DNA from: an uncultured Desulfosarcina sp.
Lineage (GTDB): Bacteria > Desulfobacterota > Desulfobacteria > Desulfobacterales > Desulfosarcinaceae
NCBI GenBank assembly: GCA_963674945.2
Contig: CAXXWQ010000003.1
Coordinates: 2,464,001-2,528,000 of the forward strand
DNA length: 64,000 nt
Direction: 5' to 3'
A program made the translations under genes and the position numbers. The notes under the pieces were generated by a model. It did not search any database. It worked only from the letters and a program-made list of their open reading frames with translations, and had not been told where the DNA came from. Below, piece by piece: positions 31,227-41,779 of this stretch (position 1 is the stretch's first letter; the number at the start of each line of letters is the position of its first letter).

Positions 31227-32846
31227 TCATGGTGCAGGGTTTCGCCTGGGTTTTCCACTTTCCTGACGCTGGGGACGTTTGCCCTTTTGTCGATATCTGC
31301 GATGCTGATGGCCCGATGGCCGGTCGCCCCGTCGATTTTTTCTGCCTCTGGAAGCACCTTTGGATTGGGAGGGAGACGAAGGCGTCTTGGGTTTTCGTTT
31401 CGGGGGCGGTGGTGGCAGAATCAGGTAATCCTCTTCCGGCGGTATGCACCGCAATGGCCGGCCGATGAACTCCTCTATGGCCGGTAGATAGAAGGAGTCC
31501 TCCTCACAGGCAAAACTGATGGAAGTCCCTGCCGAACCGGCGCGACCCGTCCGCCCGATGCGATGGACATAGTCTTCGGGATCACGGGGCAAGGTGAAAT
31601 TGATGACATAATCCATGTCGTCGATATGAATGCCACGTCCCGCCACATCCGTTGCGACCAGAACGCGAATCTTTCCTTCCTTGAATTGTTCCAGGGTGCG
31701 AATCCGTTTTTTCTGGGGGATTTCACCGGAAAGAACGGAACAATCGATTCGATACCGGTCCAGCATGCCGGCCAGTCGCCGCGTCTCATCCCTTCGGTTG
31801 CAAAAGACCAATACTCTTTTCAGGTCCTTACGCGTAATGATGTTATAGGTCAGGGTGAACTTTTCATCCGTGGTGACGATGTACACCAGTTGCTCCACCG
31901 TATCTACGGCAACCTGCTCCGGTTCGATTTCGACGGAAACCGGGTTCCGTGTCCAGCTGGCACTCAAACGGTTTACGTCCGGTGTCAGTGTGGCGCTGAA
32001 AAACAGGGTCTGGCGTTTGTCTTTGTGCGGCGTGCTGTATACGATTTGGCGTACATCGGGAATGAACCCCATATCGAGCATACGATCCGCCTCATCGATG
32101 ACCAGAATCTCTACCCGTTTCAGATCCAAGTCCCGGCGACGCTTGAAGTCCAGCAAGCGACCCGGCGTGGCGACGACGATATCCACTTCTTTTCCGGTCA
32201 GTTGCCGGCGCTGTTTCTCATAGTCCATGCCGCCGAAAACACTTACGATGGAGAGCCGGCAATATTTGGATAGGAGCACGGCTTCGTCTGCAATTTGTAG
32301 GACCAGTTCCCGTGTGGGGGCGATGATCAGAACCCTCGGGGTTCCGACGGGTCTCTTTTTCGTTGGACGATGTTCGAGCAGCCGTGTGAGAATCGCAACC
32401 AGAAAGGCGGCCGTTTTCCCTGTTCCTGTCTGGGCTTGCCCGAAAGCGTCTCTCCCTTTTAATGTGGTAGGAAGGATCTCCGCCTGGATGGGCGTGCAGT
32501 ATTGAAATTGGGCATCTGCGATGGCGTGCAAGATGGGATCGGGAAGGTTCAAATCATGAAACCGGGTCGTTCCCTCTTTTTCGGGAACCACAAACAGTCC
32601 CGGATGCCAGGAGGGCTGTTGCGAAGCCTTCGTTGGCCTCCTATGGGGCGAATCCTTGCCGGTTTCGGCAAGGCGTCCCTCCCCTTCAGGAGTTCGGCCC
32701 GTCCTATTTTTCTCCCCGACACCATGGGATGAACCCGCCTTTAACTTTGATTCTTCTTTCTCGGTCTCTTTCGCGGGGCCGACACTCTTTGCTCGATCGC
32801 TCGGTAATAGCCTTTTGCGTATGGCGTTTAACAGTTTTTTTATCAA
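31227..32846 (-). CDS. rhlB: DEAD-box RNA helicase, RhlB-like
   Basis: [51 protein letters not shown]; basic tail. Confidence 0.85.
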   Translation of the reverse strand: MIKKLLNAIRKRLLPSDRAKSVGPAKETEKEESKLKAGSSHGVGEKNRTGRTPEGEGRLAETGKDSPHRRPTKASQQPSWHPGLFVVPEKEGTTRFHDLNLPDPILHAIADAQFQYCTPIQAEILPTTLKGRDAFGQAQTGTGKTAAFLVAILTRLLEHRPTKKRPVGTPRVLIIAPTRELVLQIADEAVLLSKYCRLSIVSVFGGMDYEKQRRQLTGKEVDIVVATPGRLLDFKRRRDLDLKRVEILVIDEADRMLDMGFIPDVRQIVYSTPHKDKRQTLFFSATLTPDVNRLSASWTRNPVSVEIEPEQVAVDTVEQLVYIVTTDEKFTLTYNIITRKDLKRVLVFCNRRDETRRLAGMLDRYRIDCSVLSGEIPQKKRIRTLEQFKEGKIRVLVATDVAGRGIHIDDMDYVINFTLPRDPEDYVHRIGRTGRAGSAGTSISFACEEDSFYLPAIEEFIGRPLRCIPPEEDYLILPPPPPKRKPKTPSSPSQSKGASRGRKNRRGDRPSGHQHRRYRQKGKRPQRQESGKPRRNPAP

Positions 32847-33120
32847 AACCCGGTTAACCTGATATTCCTTTCCGTTGAATATTTCATAGTACTATCCCAA
32901 CATTATCGGGGCAGACACCAAAAGAGAGGGTCTTTGGATTGTCAAGGTGGTCAATATATGAAGATCCACCGTAAATTGCAAGGGTTATCCGACTGCTTCA
33001 CGGTGACCGCATTCGTCCTGTGCTGTTTTTTTCGTATGTATCGCCCAATTCCAGGTCTCTTGGCAGGTTTGAAAAGAATGGGCGGAACGTCACCACCTGC
33101 ATCATCAAGAGGCTCATATC

Positions 33121-33825
33121 TCAGATATTTTCAGATGTATCGAACAGATCGGATATGGTGTTGAGGCTGAATTCCATCTCCCCGGACAGGAATTGGGAGA
33201 TGGAGTGAAGTGTGATGATGGCATTTTTATCCGCATCCATGTTTCCCAGACTGTGAATCCGTTCCAGGAGTCCTTCGTTCACCTTTTGCACCTTTGCATA
33301 GCGTTTTTCGAGCCTGTCGAAGTCGAATTCCTTTACGAGGCCTTTTTTGAAGTCAAAATATTGACTCAGCAGGAAAAACGAAGTCGTCCGAACCGTTGTT
33401 TCTTCGACGGAAGCAAACGGAAGGTGAAAACGGGCCATGGGCTTGAGAAAGTTCATGACCGGACAGTTGCTTGTGGCCATCACGATACCGAATACGGAGG
33501 TGAGCGCCTCCATGGCAGATGTCTTTTTAAAATAGGTTCGGTCAATGGTTTCGCATTTTACCGTACAGTTTTTATGGGAGAGGATGTTTTTGAAGCCATT
33601 GACAAGATCTGTGATATTCACTGCGACGGGACAATATTTGGTGGTATCCGATGAGAGCGGACAGCACGCGCATTGTTTATATGAAAGTTCGGTCCACGCC
33701 GGATAGGGTGCCGTAGAGGCCGTTTCCATGGTCAACGTGACCGGATCCAAAGCAATATGAAAATGACTGCTTTGTCCATCTTCCAATTCGATGTGATAGT
33801 CGAACCAGTATGCTTTTTCGTCCAT
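33121..33825 (-). CDS. Conserved Cys-containing hypothetical protein (DUF6901-like, from recall)
   Basis: WTELSYKQCACCPL...CPVA, ATSNCP, PMARFHLPF; start ATG 33825 (track start 33855). Confidence 0.7.
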   Translation of the reverse strand: MDEKAYWFDYHIELEDGQSSHFHIALDPVTLTMETASTAPYPAWTELSYKQCACCPLSSDTTKYCPVAVNITDLVNGFKNILSHKNCTVKCETIDRTYFKKTSAMEALTSVFGIVMATSNCPVMNFLKPMARFHLPFASVEETTVRTTSFFLLSQYFDFKKGLVKEFDFDRLEKRYAKVQKVNEGLLERIHSLGNMDADKNAIITLHSISQFLSGEMEFSLNTISDLFDTSENI

Positions 33826-33944
33826 GTTCTTCTCTTTTCCATCACGCGCCGCCATTCTTTTGTGGCAACGAACGGCAGCAAATCACGCACGCAATTTAAG
33901 TACACATTGTATGGTTTCACCATTTCTTCAATGATCAAAAGTTA

Positions 33945-33960
33945 AGCAAAAATCATACCA
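33945..33960 (-). promoter_or_regulatory. sigma54 (-24/-12) promoter
   Basis: Minus strand TGGTATGATTTTTGCT = GG-N10-GC, about 120 nt upstream of 33825. Confidence 0.65.
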
Positions 33961-34029
33961 ACAAAATAGTACGAAACGGTTGTTCGCACTTTTGGAAAAA
34001 GAGAGAATCGATTTCATCGTTTGTTAAGA

Positions 34030-35265
34030 TCATCCATAGGCAATGCCATCCACCGGATCCAATGAGGATGCATTGGCTGCAGGGTACAAGGTGGCAATGA
34101 AACAGATCCCCAAGGTGGATAATCCGATGATCATCAAATCAGTGAAATGCAGACTCACAGGCAGTGTGGTTAAAAAATATACGTCACCGGGCAATTTTAT
34201 GAAGGGGTAATGTTGTAAAATTATGCACAGTAAGATTCCCAAAAAACCGCCGATGGCGGTCCCTATGAATCCGATTACCAGGCCTTTGAAAACAAAAATT
34301 CGCCGGATGAGGTGATTGTTGGCCCCCATGGCCTTCAAGATGGCAATATCGCGCGTTTTTTCCATAACCATCATGATAAGGGCGCTTGCAATGTTAAAGG
34401 TGGCAACCAAAACGATGAGGGCGAAAATGATGTAAAAGACTGTCTTTTGAAGCCGCAGCATGGAGAAAAGATTTCGGTTCATCTGCATCCAGTCCCGTGC
34501 CCAATAAGGAAACCCCATGTGGTGGACGATGGATTCGGCTATGTTTGCGGCCAGGTAAATATCCATCACCCGCACCTCGAAACCGGTTGCCTCACCCGGC
34601 ATCTCCAACAGTTTTTGGGCGACATCCAGCCGTGTAAAAGACATGGCGCCATCGTATTCGTTCATACCCGTCTCGAAAATTCCGGCAACGGTAAACCGCA
34701 TCACCGTGGGCATTCGGTTTGCGCCAGCCCCCTTGCCCAGGGGCGATATGAGAAAGATCGGGTCTCCTACACCGACTTCCAGTTTTTCTGCCGTAACCCG
34801 GCCGATGATGATTCCCGGAGCAAGACCCGATGATGGTTCGGCTTTTGTTTTGCCCAGCGCATCACACAAGGCAACCTTCCCATCAACGGTGACGGGTGGA
34901 CACGGTCGCAACGGGTCGATGGCTTTTAATACCGATCCACTCAATCCATTGGCACTTCTCAGCATTACCTGGGTATAAATAAAAGGTGACGCCGATTCGA
35001 TTCCGTCCAATTTCTCGAGGATCTTGACCGTTTCATCGATTTCGGACACCGTCTCTCCGTACCGCATCACCAGAATGTGGGATTCCATACCAAGGATTCG
35101 ATTTTGAAGTTCTGTTTCAAAACCGGTCATTACGGCAATTACAATGATTAGCACCATCACCCCCAGGGCGATCCCGATGGTGGCCAAGAGAGTGATCAAT
35201 GAAATAAACGTCTCTTTTTGCCGGGAACGAATGTAGCGAGAGGCAACGAACCATGTAAAGGACAT
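34030..35265 (-). CDS. Lipoprotein-releasing ABC transporter permease (LolC/LolE family)
   Basis: IALGVMVLIIVIAVMTGFE, WARDWMQMNRNLF, FNIASALIMMVMEKTRDIAILKAMGA, ATLYPA. Confidence 0.92.
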   Translation of the reverse strand: MSFTWFVASRYIRSRQKETFISLITLLATIGIALGVMVLIIVIAVMTGFETELQNRILGMESHILVMRYGETVSEIDETVKILEKLDGIESASPFIYTQVMLRSANGLSGSVLKAIDPLRPCPPVTVDGKVALCDALGKTKAEPSSGLAPGIIIGRVTAEKLEVGVGDPIFLISPLGKGAGANRMPTVMRFTVAGIFETGMNEYDGAMSFTRLDVAQKLLEMPGEATGFEVRVMDIYLAANIAESIVHHMGFPYWARDWMQMNRNLFSMLRLQKTVFYIIFALIVLVATFNIASALIMMVMEKTRDIAILKAMGANNHLIRRIFVFKGLVIGFIGTAIGGFLGILLCIILQHYPFIKLPGDVYFLTTLPVSLHFTDLMIIGLSTLGICFIATLYPAANASSLDPVDGIAYG

Positions 35266-35282
35266 CCGACACTCCTGGTATG

Positions 35283-36107
35283 TTATCGTACTTTTTGGGC
35301 AAGTATTCTGTTCATGCTACCGGAAACATACCCCTCCAGATCCACGCAGGTGTATAAGAATCCCAGGTATTTCATTTCATGAACAATGCGGCTCCGCATG
35401 GGTTCGGACAAAAGTTTCGGTAGCTGCGGTATCGGCACTTCGATTCGGGCAATATCTCCATGATGTCGCACCCGACATCCCATGAATCCACGATCGACAA
35501 GTATTTTTTCAGCCGTCTTCACCTGCTCTATTTTTTCATCGCTGATCGGCGAACCATACGGAAAACGTGTGGCAATACATGCCATTGCCGGCTTGTCCCA
35601 TACAAAAAGTCCCCTTTTTCTTGCCAATCGTCGGATATCGGTTTTGGTCAACCCCGCTTTTTCGAGTGGCGCAACGACTCCTAACTCCCGGGCGGCTTGC
35701 AGTCCGGGGCGATAATCAGTGATATCATCCGCATTGGATCCATGGGCCAGGACCGAAAATCCCTTTTCCTTTACCAACGACTGCATTTTTCCAAAGAGGC
35801 GCTTTTTGCATATGTAGCATCGCTGTGGTGTATTTTCAAGAAATTCAGGAATCTCCATTTCATCGGAATCGACGATCAGATGGGTCACACCCAAAATGGT
35901 CGCAACCTTTGCTGCATCGGCAACTTCTCCGTCCCAATGAATGGGGGATCGTGCCGTCACCGCAATCATCGTCTCACCGATCACGTCGCGTGCCGAGGCC
36001 AGTAGAAATGCACTGTCCACACCTCCGGAAAGTGCCACGGCAAGACGATCATAGGATGAAAGAAGCGCTTCGAGTCGTCTTTTTTTATCCCCCAAAATCG
36101 ATTCCAT
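35283..36107 (-). CDS. larE: LarE-family ATP-dependent sulfur transferase (PP-loop)
   Basis: [57 protein letters not shown]. Confidence 0.9.
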   Translation of the reverse strand: MESILGDKKRRLEALLSSYDRLAVALSGGVDSAFLLASARDVIGETMIAVTARSPIHWDGEVADAAKVATILGVTHLIVDSDEMEIPEFLENTPQRCYICKKRLFGKMQSLVKEKGFSVLAHGSNADDITDYRPGLQAARELGVVAPLEKAGLTKTDIRRLARKRGLFVWDKPAMACIATRFPYGSPISDEKIEQVKTAEKILVDRGFMGCRVRHHGDIARIEVPIPQLPKLLSEPMRSRIVHEMKYLGFLYTCVDLEGYVSGSMNRILAQKVR

Positions 36108-36254
36108 GTTCCATTCTTTCCGTCAATATGGGATGGGAAGAAGCTGGCCATTTGCCAAAAAAACATTTACAATCAATACGTAATCCATTATAAAAACTCG
36201 TCGTCACACCTTTTTACCATAGCCATTTTCAATACAAATTCAAAGGGGTTTTTC

Positions 36255-37964
36255 ATGGGGAAAAAGAGCCTGATCAAGTCCACTTCCAAAAAAAAGCCAG
36301 CTGCAAAAAAAGCCGCTGCAAAAACCACCAAAAAGAAAAAAACTCCGGCGAAAAAGGTAGCCCAGAAATCAACGTCGAAATCCAAAACAAAGAAAAAAGC
36401 CGTTGCGAAAAAGATCTCACCCAAGTTAAAAGCAATCTCGAAAAAAGATCTGCTTACGAAAAAATTTGACACCCAATCGGCCAAAATCCTCTACACCATT
36501 CCTGAAGAGTTGAAGGAAAAATCCACATTTACGGCACCGGAATTTCTCGCAGGCGTCAGCACCGATGATGCCAAACGCATCAAGGGACTATTGGCAAATA
36601 CATACAGCTCCGCGGAATTGAAAGCAGTCGCCAGAGCGCCTGTCCCAAAAGCCAAACCGGTGTCCGTAGAAGAGCTGTTGAGAAAGAAATTTGATATCGT
36701 AAAGCCCGAAGTCCTCTACACCGTTCCCGAAGAGTTTTCCGAGAAATCCACATTTACGGCGCCGGAATTTCTCACAAGCGTCAGCACCGATGATGTCAAA
36801 CGCATCAAAGGACTACTGGCAAATACTTACAGCGAAGGGGATCTAAAGGCTGCCGCGGAAAAGGCTGCCGCGGAAAAGGCTGCCGCGGAAAAGGCCGCCG
36901 CGGAAAAGGCCGCCGCGGAAAAGGCTGCCGCGGAAAAGGCTGCCGCGGAAAAGGCCGCCGCGGAAAAGGCTGCCGCGGAAAAGGCTGCCGCGGAAAAGGC
37001 TGCCGCGGAAAAGGCCGCCGCGGAAAAGGCTGCCGCGGAAAAGGCTGCCGCGGAAAAGGCTGCCGCGGAAAAGGCCGCCGTGGAAAAGGCTGCCGCGGAA
37101 AAGGCTGCCGCGGAAAAGGCTGCCGCGGAAAAGGCCGCCGTGGAAAAGGCTGCCGCGGAAAAGGCTGCCGCGGAAAAGGCTGCCGCGGAAAAGGCCGCCG
37201 CGGAAAAGGCCGCCGCGGAAAAGCCGCCTTCGGATCCCATTGACACCAGTATCAAACTCTTCGCCGCAGGCCTCGCCTTTCTTCTTTTGCTTGTGGTCTG
37301 GGCAAGTACGTCCAACTCACTTAAATATTATGCCATAGAAAAAGACGGCGCTCTTGAAATATGGAAGGGAAAGTTCGCCCCCCTCGGCAAAAAGATTGTC
37401 GTCGTGCTTCCCGGATACCAGCCCTCCGGGGAGATCAAAGAGACCTACCGCTCCCACGAAGTCTTATCGATGGCGTTCGAATACTATGTCGACAAGGCCG
37501 ATGTTCTTATGGATGTCCCCGGAATTCCGGACTTCGAGGAAATCAAGGCAAATCTCAAAATCGCCCTCTCCTATGCACCAAACCGGGAAAAGCGAAGTGC
37601 CGTATACGACCGCCTTGATAATATCGATCGTTTGATTCTCATGTACAAGGCGGAAACTGCCGCTATCCGGGGAACCACTTCAGGCCTCACCGCCGCCATC
37701 GGCTTTCTGAAAGAGGCCCGGAAACTGTCTGCGGACAAGGCACAGAAAGAGTCCATTGCCCTGACAATTGAAGGGTATGAGGCGGCACTGGCCGCCCTGG
37801 AAAAGGAAAAAGAGGCCGCTGGCCAAGAACAAGCCACTACGGACACTGCTGCACAGCAAGCAGAAAAAACCGAAGTAGAGGAAGAAACGGTCACGCACGA
37901 AGCGAATCCCGATAATGCGGTGCCCCCAGAAGAAGCCCCTGCCTCGAATGCAGAACATCAATGA
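36255..37964 (+). CDS. Bitopic membrane protein: histone-H1-like K/A-rich N-terminus, duplicated domain, (KAAAE)25 spacer, TM helix, helical C-terminal domain
   Basis: Read directly from the translation; [21 protein letters not shown] follows the repeat. Confidence 0.8.
   Translation: MGKKSLIKSTSKKKPAAKKAAAKTTKKKKTPAKKVAQKSTSKSKTKKKAVAKKISPKLKAISKKDLLTKKFDTQSAKILYTIPEELKEKSTFTAPEFLAGVSTDDAKRIKGLLANTYSSAELKAVARAPVPKAKPVSVEELLRKKFDIVKPEVLYTVPEEFSEKSTFTAPEFLTSVSTDDVKRIKGLLANTYSEGDLKAAAEKAAAEKAAAEKAAAEKAAAEKAAAEKAAAEKAAAEKAAAEKAAAEKAAAEKAAAEKAAAEKAAAEKAAAEKAAVEKAAAEKAAAEKAAAEKAAVEKAAAEKAAAEKAAAEKAAAEKAAAEKPPSDPIDTSIKLFAAGLAFLLLLVVWASTSNSLKYYAIEKDGALEIWKGKFAPLGKKIVVVLPGYQPSGEIKETYRSHEVLSMAFEYYVDKADVLMDVPGIPDFEEIKANLKIALSYAPNREKRSAVYDRLDNIDRLILMYKAETAAIRGTTSGLTAAIGFLKEARKLSADKAQKESIALTIEGYEAALAALEKEKEAAGQEQATTDTAAQQAEKTEVEEETVTHEANPDNAVPPEEAPASNAEHQ
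36446..36845 (+). repeat. Diverged intragenic duplication (about 228-bp period)
   Basis: LLxKKFD...LYTx[14 protein letters not shown]..[18 protein letters not shown] occurs twice. Confidence 0.85.
36846..37220 (+). repeat. 15-bp minisatellite AAGGCYGCCGYGGAA x25
   Basis: 375 bp, 25 units encoding KAA(A/V)E; 60-bp higher-order periodicity visible. Confidence 0.97.
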
Positions 37965-37987
37965 TTGGATAATTCATGCATCATCAG

Positions 37988-38032
37988 AGGGGGAGTTGCA
38001 CGACCGATTCGTGAGGCTCCCCCTTTGTTTTT
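37988..38032 (+). terminator. Intrinsic terminator
   Basis: AGGGGGAG...CACGA-ccgat-TCGTG...CTCCCCCT followed by TTGTTTTT, just after the stop at 37964. Confidence 0.7.
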
Positions 38033-38093
38033 CCGAAATCCGACTTTTTATGAGTTCATTATTGATGGTTTGACAACCGGAAAGGAGTACCCC

Positions 38094-38510
38094 TTGAACG
38101 AAGAAGTCGCAGCTGAACTGGAAACATTTATCGAAGAATGGCAAGAAACAGAGGAAAATAACAAAGCCGTTTTTCTGGATTTGAAATCTTTTATTGAAAA
38201 AAAATCCGGCGTGGAATTGGATTTTATACCCAGGTCTGGCGTCACTTACTCTTTGCGGGTAGGCCATGAAAACCAAAAAGACAAGTCCCTGTTTGCCATG
38301 ATCGATGTGATTGAGGACGCCCCTCGCTGGCTTTCGGTCTGTTTTTATGGTGAGATGATCTCCGATCCGGATGAAAATGGGGACTTCGTACCCGAGGGTC
38401 TTCTTGGCGAGGACGCCATCTGTTTCGATCTGGAATCCAAGGACGAAGAACTGACGGAATATGTGAAAGCGCGCCTCGAAGAGGCGTATACGTCCGCAAA
38501 ACAGGGATAG
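38094..38510 (+). CDS. Acidic hypothetical protein
   Basis: TTG 38094 behind AAGGAG; RSGVTYSLR, RWLSVCFYGEMISDP, VPEGLLGEDAICFD. Confidence 0.75.
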   Translation: MNEEVAAELETFIEEWQETEENNKAVFLDLKSFIEKKSGVELDFIPRSGVTYSLRVGHENQKDKSLFAMIDVIEDAPRWLSVCFYGEMISDPDENGDFVPEGLLGEDAICFDLESKDEELTEYVKARLEEAYTSAKQG

Positions 38511-38543
38511 CCCCACCGACGATTGTCCGATTCCCGTTTCCTC

Positions 38544-39332
38544 CTAACATTTCAGGGACGCGGGAATCTCACAAACGGGTATGGGAAGCATTTTGTGGCG
38601 ATTGCTTTGATTGAATGTTCGATAAATCCCCAACACCTTTTTTTGCCTTTCAGTCAACGCTCCCTCATCGCCTGTATCGGCTTCAAAAGCCATGGCCCAT
38701 TCCAATTCGTTGTAGGTTGCACCGATCTGACTCTCGTCGGAACGATTATCTTGCCACAGGCCATCTGTTGGGGGGGCCTGTATGATCTCGTCAATGATGC
38801 CCATGTCCCCGGCCAGGGCATAGACCTCCGATTTCATCAGGTCTGCAATGGGGGAAAGATCCACACCGCCGTCTCCGTATTTGGTGTAAAAACCAACGCC
38901 AAAATCCTCCACCTTGTTTCCCGTGCCTGCCACAAGCAACCGATGATGGGTAGAAAATGCGTATAGCGTCAGCATGCGCAGACGGCTTCTGGTATTGGCC
39001 ATGGTCAAATCATCCTGGATCGATTCGGGCAAGGCGTTTTCGATGGATTGAAACGCAGAAGTGAGATCGATTTTTACACCTTGGACGTTCCCGTAGCCGG
39101 ACTCGAGCCAGCGGATGTGTTTGGCGGAACGGCTGATCTGGTCAGGTGCCTGATGAATCGGCATGTTCAATGCGTAAACCTGTGCCCCTGTGCGTGCGCA
39201 CAATGTGGAGGTGACCGCAGAATCGATACCGCCCGACACGCCAATCACGAATCCCTTCATCTTCGATTTCTCCAAATAATTGGAAAGCCAGCTGACGATA
39301 TAATCGATGATCCCTTCAACCTGCATAGTCAT
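38544..39332 (-). CDS. nadE: NH3-dependent NAD+ synthetase
   Basis: GVSGGIDSA, ANTRSRLRM, GTGNKVE, GFYTKYGDGGVD, APPTDGLW. Confidence 0.96.
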   Translation of the reverse strand: MTMQVEGIIDYIVSWLSNYLEKSKMKGFVIGVSGGIDSAVTSTLCARTGAQVYALNMPIHQAPDQISRSAKHIRWLESGYGNVQGVKIDLTSAFQSIENALPESIQDDLTMANTRSRLRMLTLYAFSTHHRLLVAGTGNKVEDFGVGFYTKYGDGGVDLSPIADLMKSEVYALAGDMGIIDEIIQAPPTDGLWQDNRSDESQIGATYNELEWAMAFEADTGDEGALTERQKKVLGIYRTFNQSNRHKMLPIPVCEIPASLKC

Positions 39333-39409
39333 TCCTTTCTACAATTTCATACGACGGATGAAAAAAAAGACACATTTTCCGCATTAAGGAGATTCCCGTC
39401 GATCCAGTT

Positions 39410-40720
39410 TCAATCCGGCAACAGATCGTAGAAATAGACCATGGCATCGGAGCGGGTCAGGATTCCGATGATCTGGCCATCGGACGAAACCACGGGAAGT
39501 CGTCCGATATCATGGCGAATCATGAGTCGCGCCGCCTGAAGCGGACTTCTCCCCGGCGCTATCGTATGTACGAGAGTGCTCATGAATGCCTTTACCGGTG
39601 CATCGAGCTGATCCTCCCTGCGGATCTTTTTGAAATCGCGCCGTGAAATGATCCCCACCAAAGTTCCATCGTCCACCACGGGAAGGCCGGTGCATTCCCT
39701 CTCGCGTAGCTCCCGTGCCGCCTCGGACATGGTGGTTTCCGAAGAGACGGAAAAAACGGGAAATGACATGATGTCACTAACCTGCACCGAAGATTGTTGG
39801 TTTCCGGCGATGAGATCGTAAATCATCTCCTGGGCCACATCGGGATTGACACCCTTTAACATTGCACTGCCGGCACCGGGATGTCCGCCGCCCCCCAGGC
39901 TCTTCATCAGCGTGCCAACATCCAGCGAATCATTGTCACTGCGACCGATGACGATACATTTTGTTTTCCCTTTTTTTTCTTGGCTTACGAACATGCCAAA
40001 GGCCACGTCGACGTTTACGATGTCCCGATACATTCGAACCACCAACGCCAGATTGGAAACGTGTCCTTCGACGGAAATCCGGCTGAGACTCACGGAGTAT
40101 CCGTTTATTTTCTGGCGTTTGCTGTTTTTCAGCATCTCGAACAAGATGTCCTTCTGCTTTTGTCCGTAGGCGGGCCGCAGGAATTTGTTGATCAGGGAAA
40201 GATCCGCCTTCTGATCCAGCAACCAACCTGCTGCATATGCATCCTCGGGCGTCACCGACGGGAAGGATAGATTGCCCGTGTCCTCGTATAGGCCGGTGAG
40301 AAAAAGGGTGGCCTGAATGGGAGAGATCGATTTTTCCATATCCTTGAGCCGATCGATCAGCAAGGTAATGGTAGCACCCTTACGCTCCTGGCATTTCCAT
40401 GTCCCGCGGATCGTCCCCGGCCTGTGGTGATCCCAGACGAACACCTTTAAATCCCTTCGATCCCGTAACCGGGACAAGGGGCCCAGGCGTTTCCAATCAT
40501 CCGTGTCAACGACCACCAGCTCACGGACTCGGTCGATGGGGACTTCGTGGCGGTCCATGTAATCGAATAGATCCTTGTGCATGGAGATGAACGCACGAAC
40601 ATTGGGATTTACATTTTTGGGGATGGCGGCGGTGGCATCGGGGTAAATAAGTGTTGCCGCCGCCATGGAGGCGAATGCATCAAAATCGACGTTCGTATGG
40701 GTGGTGATGATTTTCATCAA
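39410..40720 (-). CDS. DHH/DHHA1 phosphoesterase with C-terminal CBS pair
   Basis: THTNVDFDA, VVVDTD, WDHH, GLYEDTG, GGGGHPGAGSA, two CBS domains. Confidence 0.88.
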   Translation of the reverse strand: MMKIITTHTNVDFDAFASMAAATLIYPDATAAIPKNVNPNVRAFISMHKDLFDYMDRHEVPIDRVRELVVVDTDDWKRLGPLSRLRDRRDLKVFVWDHHRPGTIRGTWKCQERKGATITLLIDRLKDMEKSISPIQATLFLTGLYEDTGNLSFPSVTPEDAYAAGWLLDQKADLSLINKFLRPAYGQKQKDILFEMLKNSKRQKINGYSVSLSRISVEGHVSNLALVVRMYRDIVNVDVAFGMFVSQEKKGKTKCIVIGRSDNDSLDVGTLMKSLGGGGHPGAGSAMLKGVNPDVAQEMIYDLIAGNQQSSVQVSDIMSFPVFSVSSETTMSEAARELRERECTGLPVVDDGTLVGIISRRDFKKIRREDQLDAPVKAFMSTLVHTIAPGRSPLQAARLMIRHDIGRLPVVSSDGQIIGILTRSDAMVYFYDLLPD

Positions 40721-40761
40721 AAATTTTCAGTTAGATTTTTGCTTTCTTTGAAACGCAATTG

Positions 40762-41562
40762 TCATTTGGTCTGCTTCCATTCCAAAGCGCTGCGACCCCT
40801 TTCTTCCTCGGAAGGGTCCGATAATGATAAGAGGGGCTCGTTTTTCGATCTGTATGCCAGCTCGAGGCGATGCTTTTCGATTTCGGTGCGACTTTCGATG
40901 CTTTTTTTGGCCAGCAGATACCGCAGGTAGACAATCCACAGACCCGTTGCCACGACGACGATGCCAATTGAGACAAACACCCACTTGAATCGAATGACCG
41001 TTTCAATACTGGTGCGGCCGAAGCTGGCGATCATATTGGGAATGATCCAATACGAGACCACACCGATGAAGATCAGAAAACCGATAATAAAGATATTCAT
41101 CCGGCTGATACGGTGAAGAACGGACTCCAAACGGGTCTCATACGCCACGTTGCAGGTGTCCGGCGCATTTTCCACGGACAACGCGCCACCGTGGAAGACG
41201 GCCAGATAAGCCTTGACCACGAATCCAAAAAGCAGCATTGCCCCAACCGGAATGCCGATGGCCGCTACGAACCATGCCCGAAACGGGAAGGGAATGTCTC
41301 GTGTTTGCAAGCGAACGGTGTAGTTTTCAAAGGGGCCGAAGGTTTTTTCGAAGTAGTACTTGTTGAATTCGCTCAAATTCTTACCGCTTGTCTCGTGGAT
41401 GACATTTCCGTTGGTATCGATCACCTGAAGCCAGGATTTCCGTCCCGACTTCATGGCTGCCAGGGCGAAGATTTCCAGTTCCAACAAGAACAACCCCACG
41501 ATGATGATAATGAAGAGCGTCTTATGCTCGTTGATCAAATTGCTGATTTGCGTCGCATTCAC
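40762..41562 (-). CDS. Multi-pass membrane protein of unknown function
   Basis: About four hydrophobic segments; co-oriented with the DHH-CBS gene and nadE. Confidence 0.75.
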   Translation of the reverse strand: MNATQISNLINEHKTLFIIIIVGLFLLELEIFALAAMKSGRKSWLQVIDTNGNVIHETSGKNLSEFNKYYFEKTFGPFENYTVRLQTRDIPFPFRAWFVAAIGIPVGAMLLFGFVVKAYLAVFHGGALSVENAPDTCNVAYETRLESVLHRISRMNIFIIGFLIFIGVVSYWIIPNMIASFGRTSIETVIRFKWVFVSIGIVVVATGLWIVYLRYLLAKKSIESRTEIEKHRLELAYRSKNEPLLSLSDPSEEERGRSALEWKQTK

Positions 41563-41779
41563 GGCTGATCGTCCCGTCCGTATCTACGAAAAATCCGAAA
41601 TCTTGGTATGCTACATCGAATCACTACCTACCACAGTGCCCTTTTTCTATACAATATTTTTTCCCCTTACAAAAGGTCTTGCAATCTTCGGGCATTAGGA
41701 TAATGCAGGAAAAGATCACGCGAACAAAACACACGCTTCGTACCCGATGGCGAAGTTTGGTTCCTGAAAAGAGGGGGTT

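Noticed and set aside
28116..32846. rhlB - RlmL-like - uup cluster as a novel system
   Set aside because: Ordinary translation/RNA-metabolism genes; rlmL-uup adjacency is already known
36846..37220. Regular repeat as a CRISPR array
   Set aside because: Contiguous 15-bp units with no spacers, in frame within a CDS, and no cas genes
36255..37964. Annotation as tolA
   Set aside because: Similarity is limited to the low-complexity A/E/K repeat; the TM is central, not N-terminal; no tolQ/R/B or pal nearby
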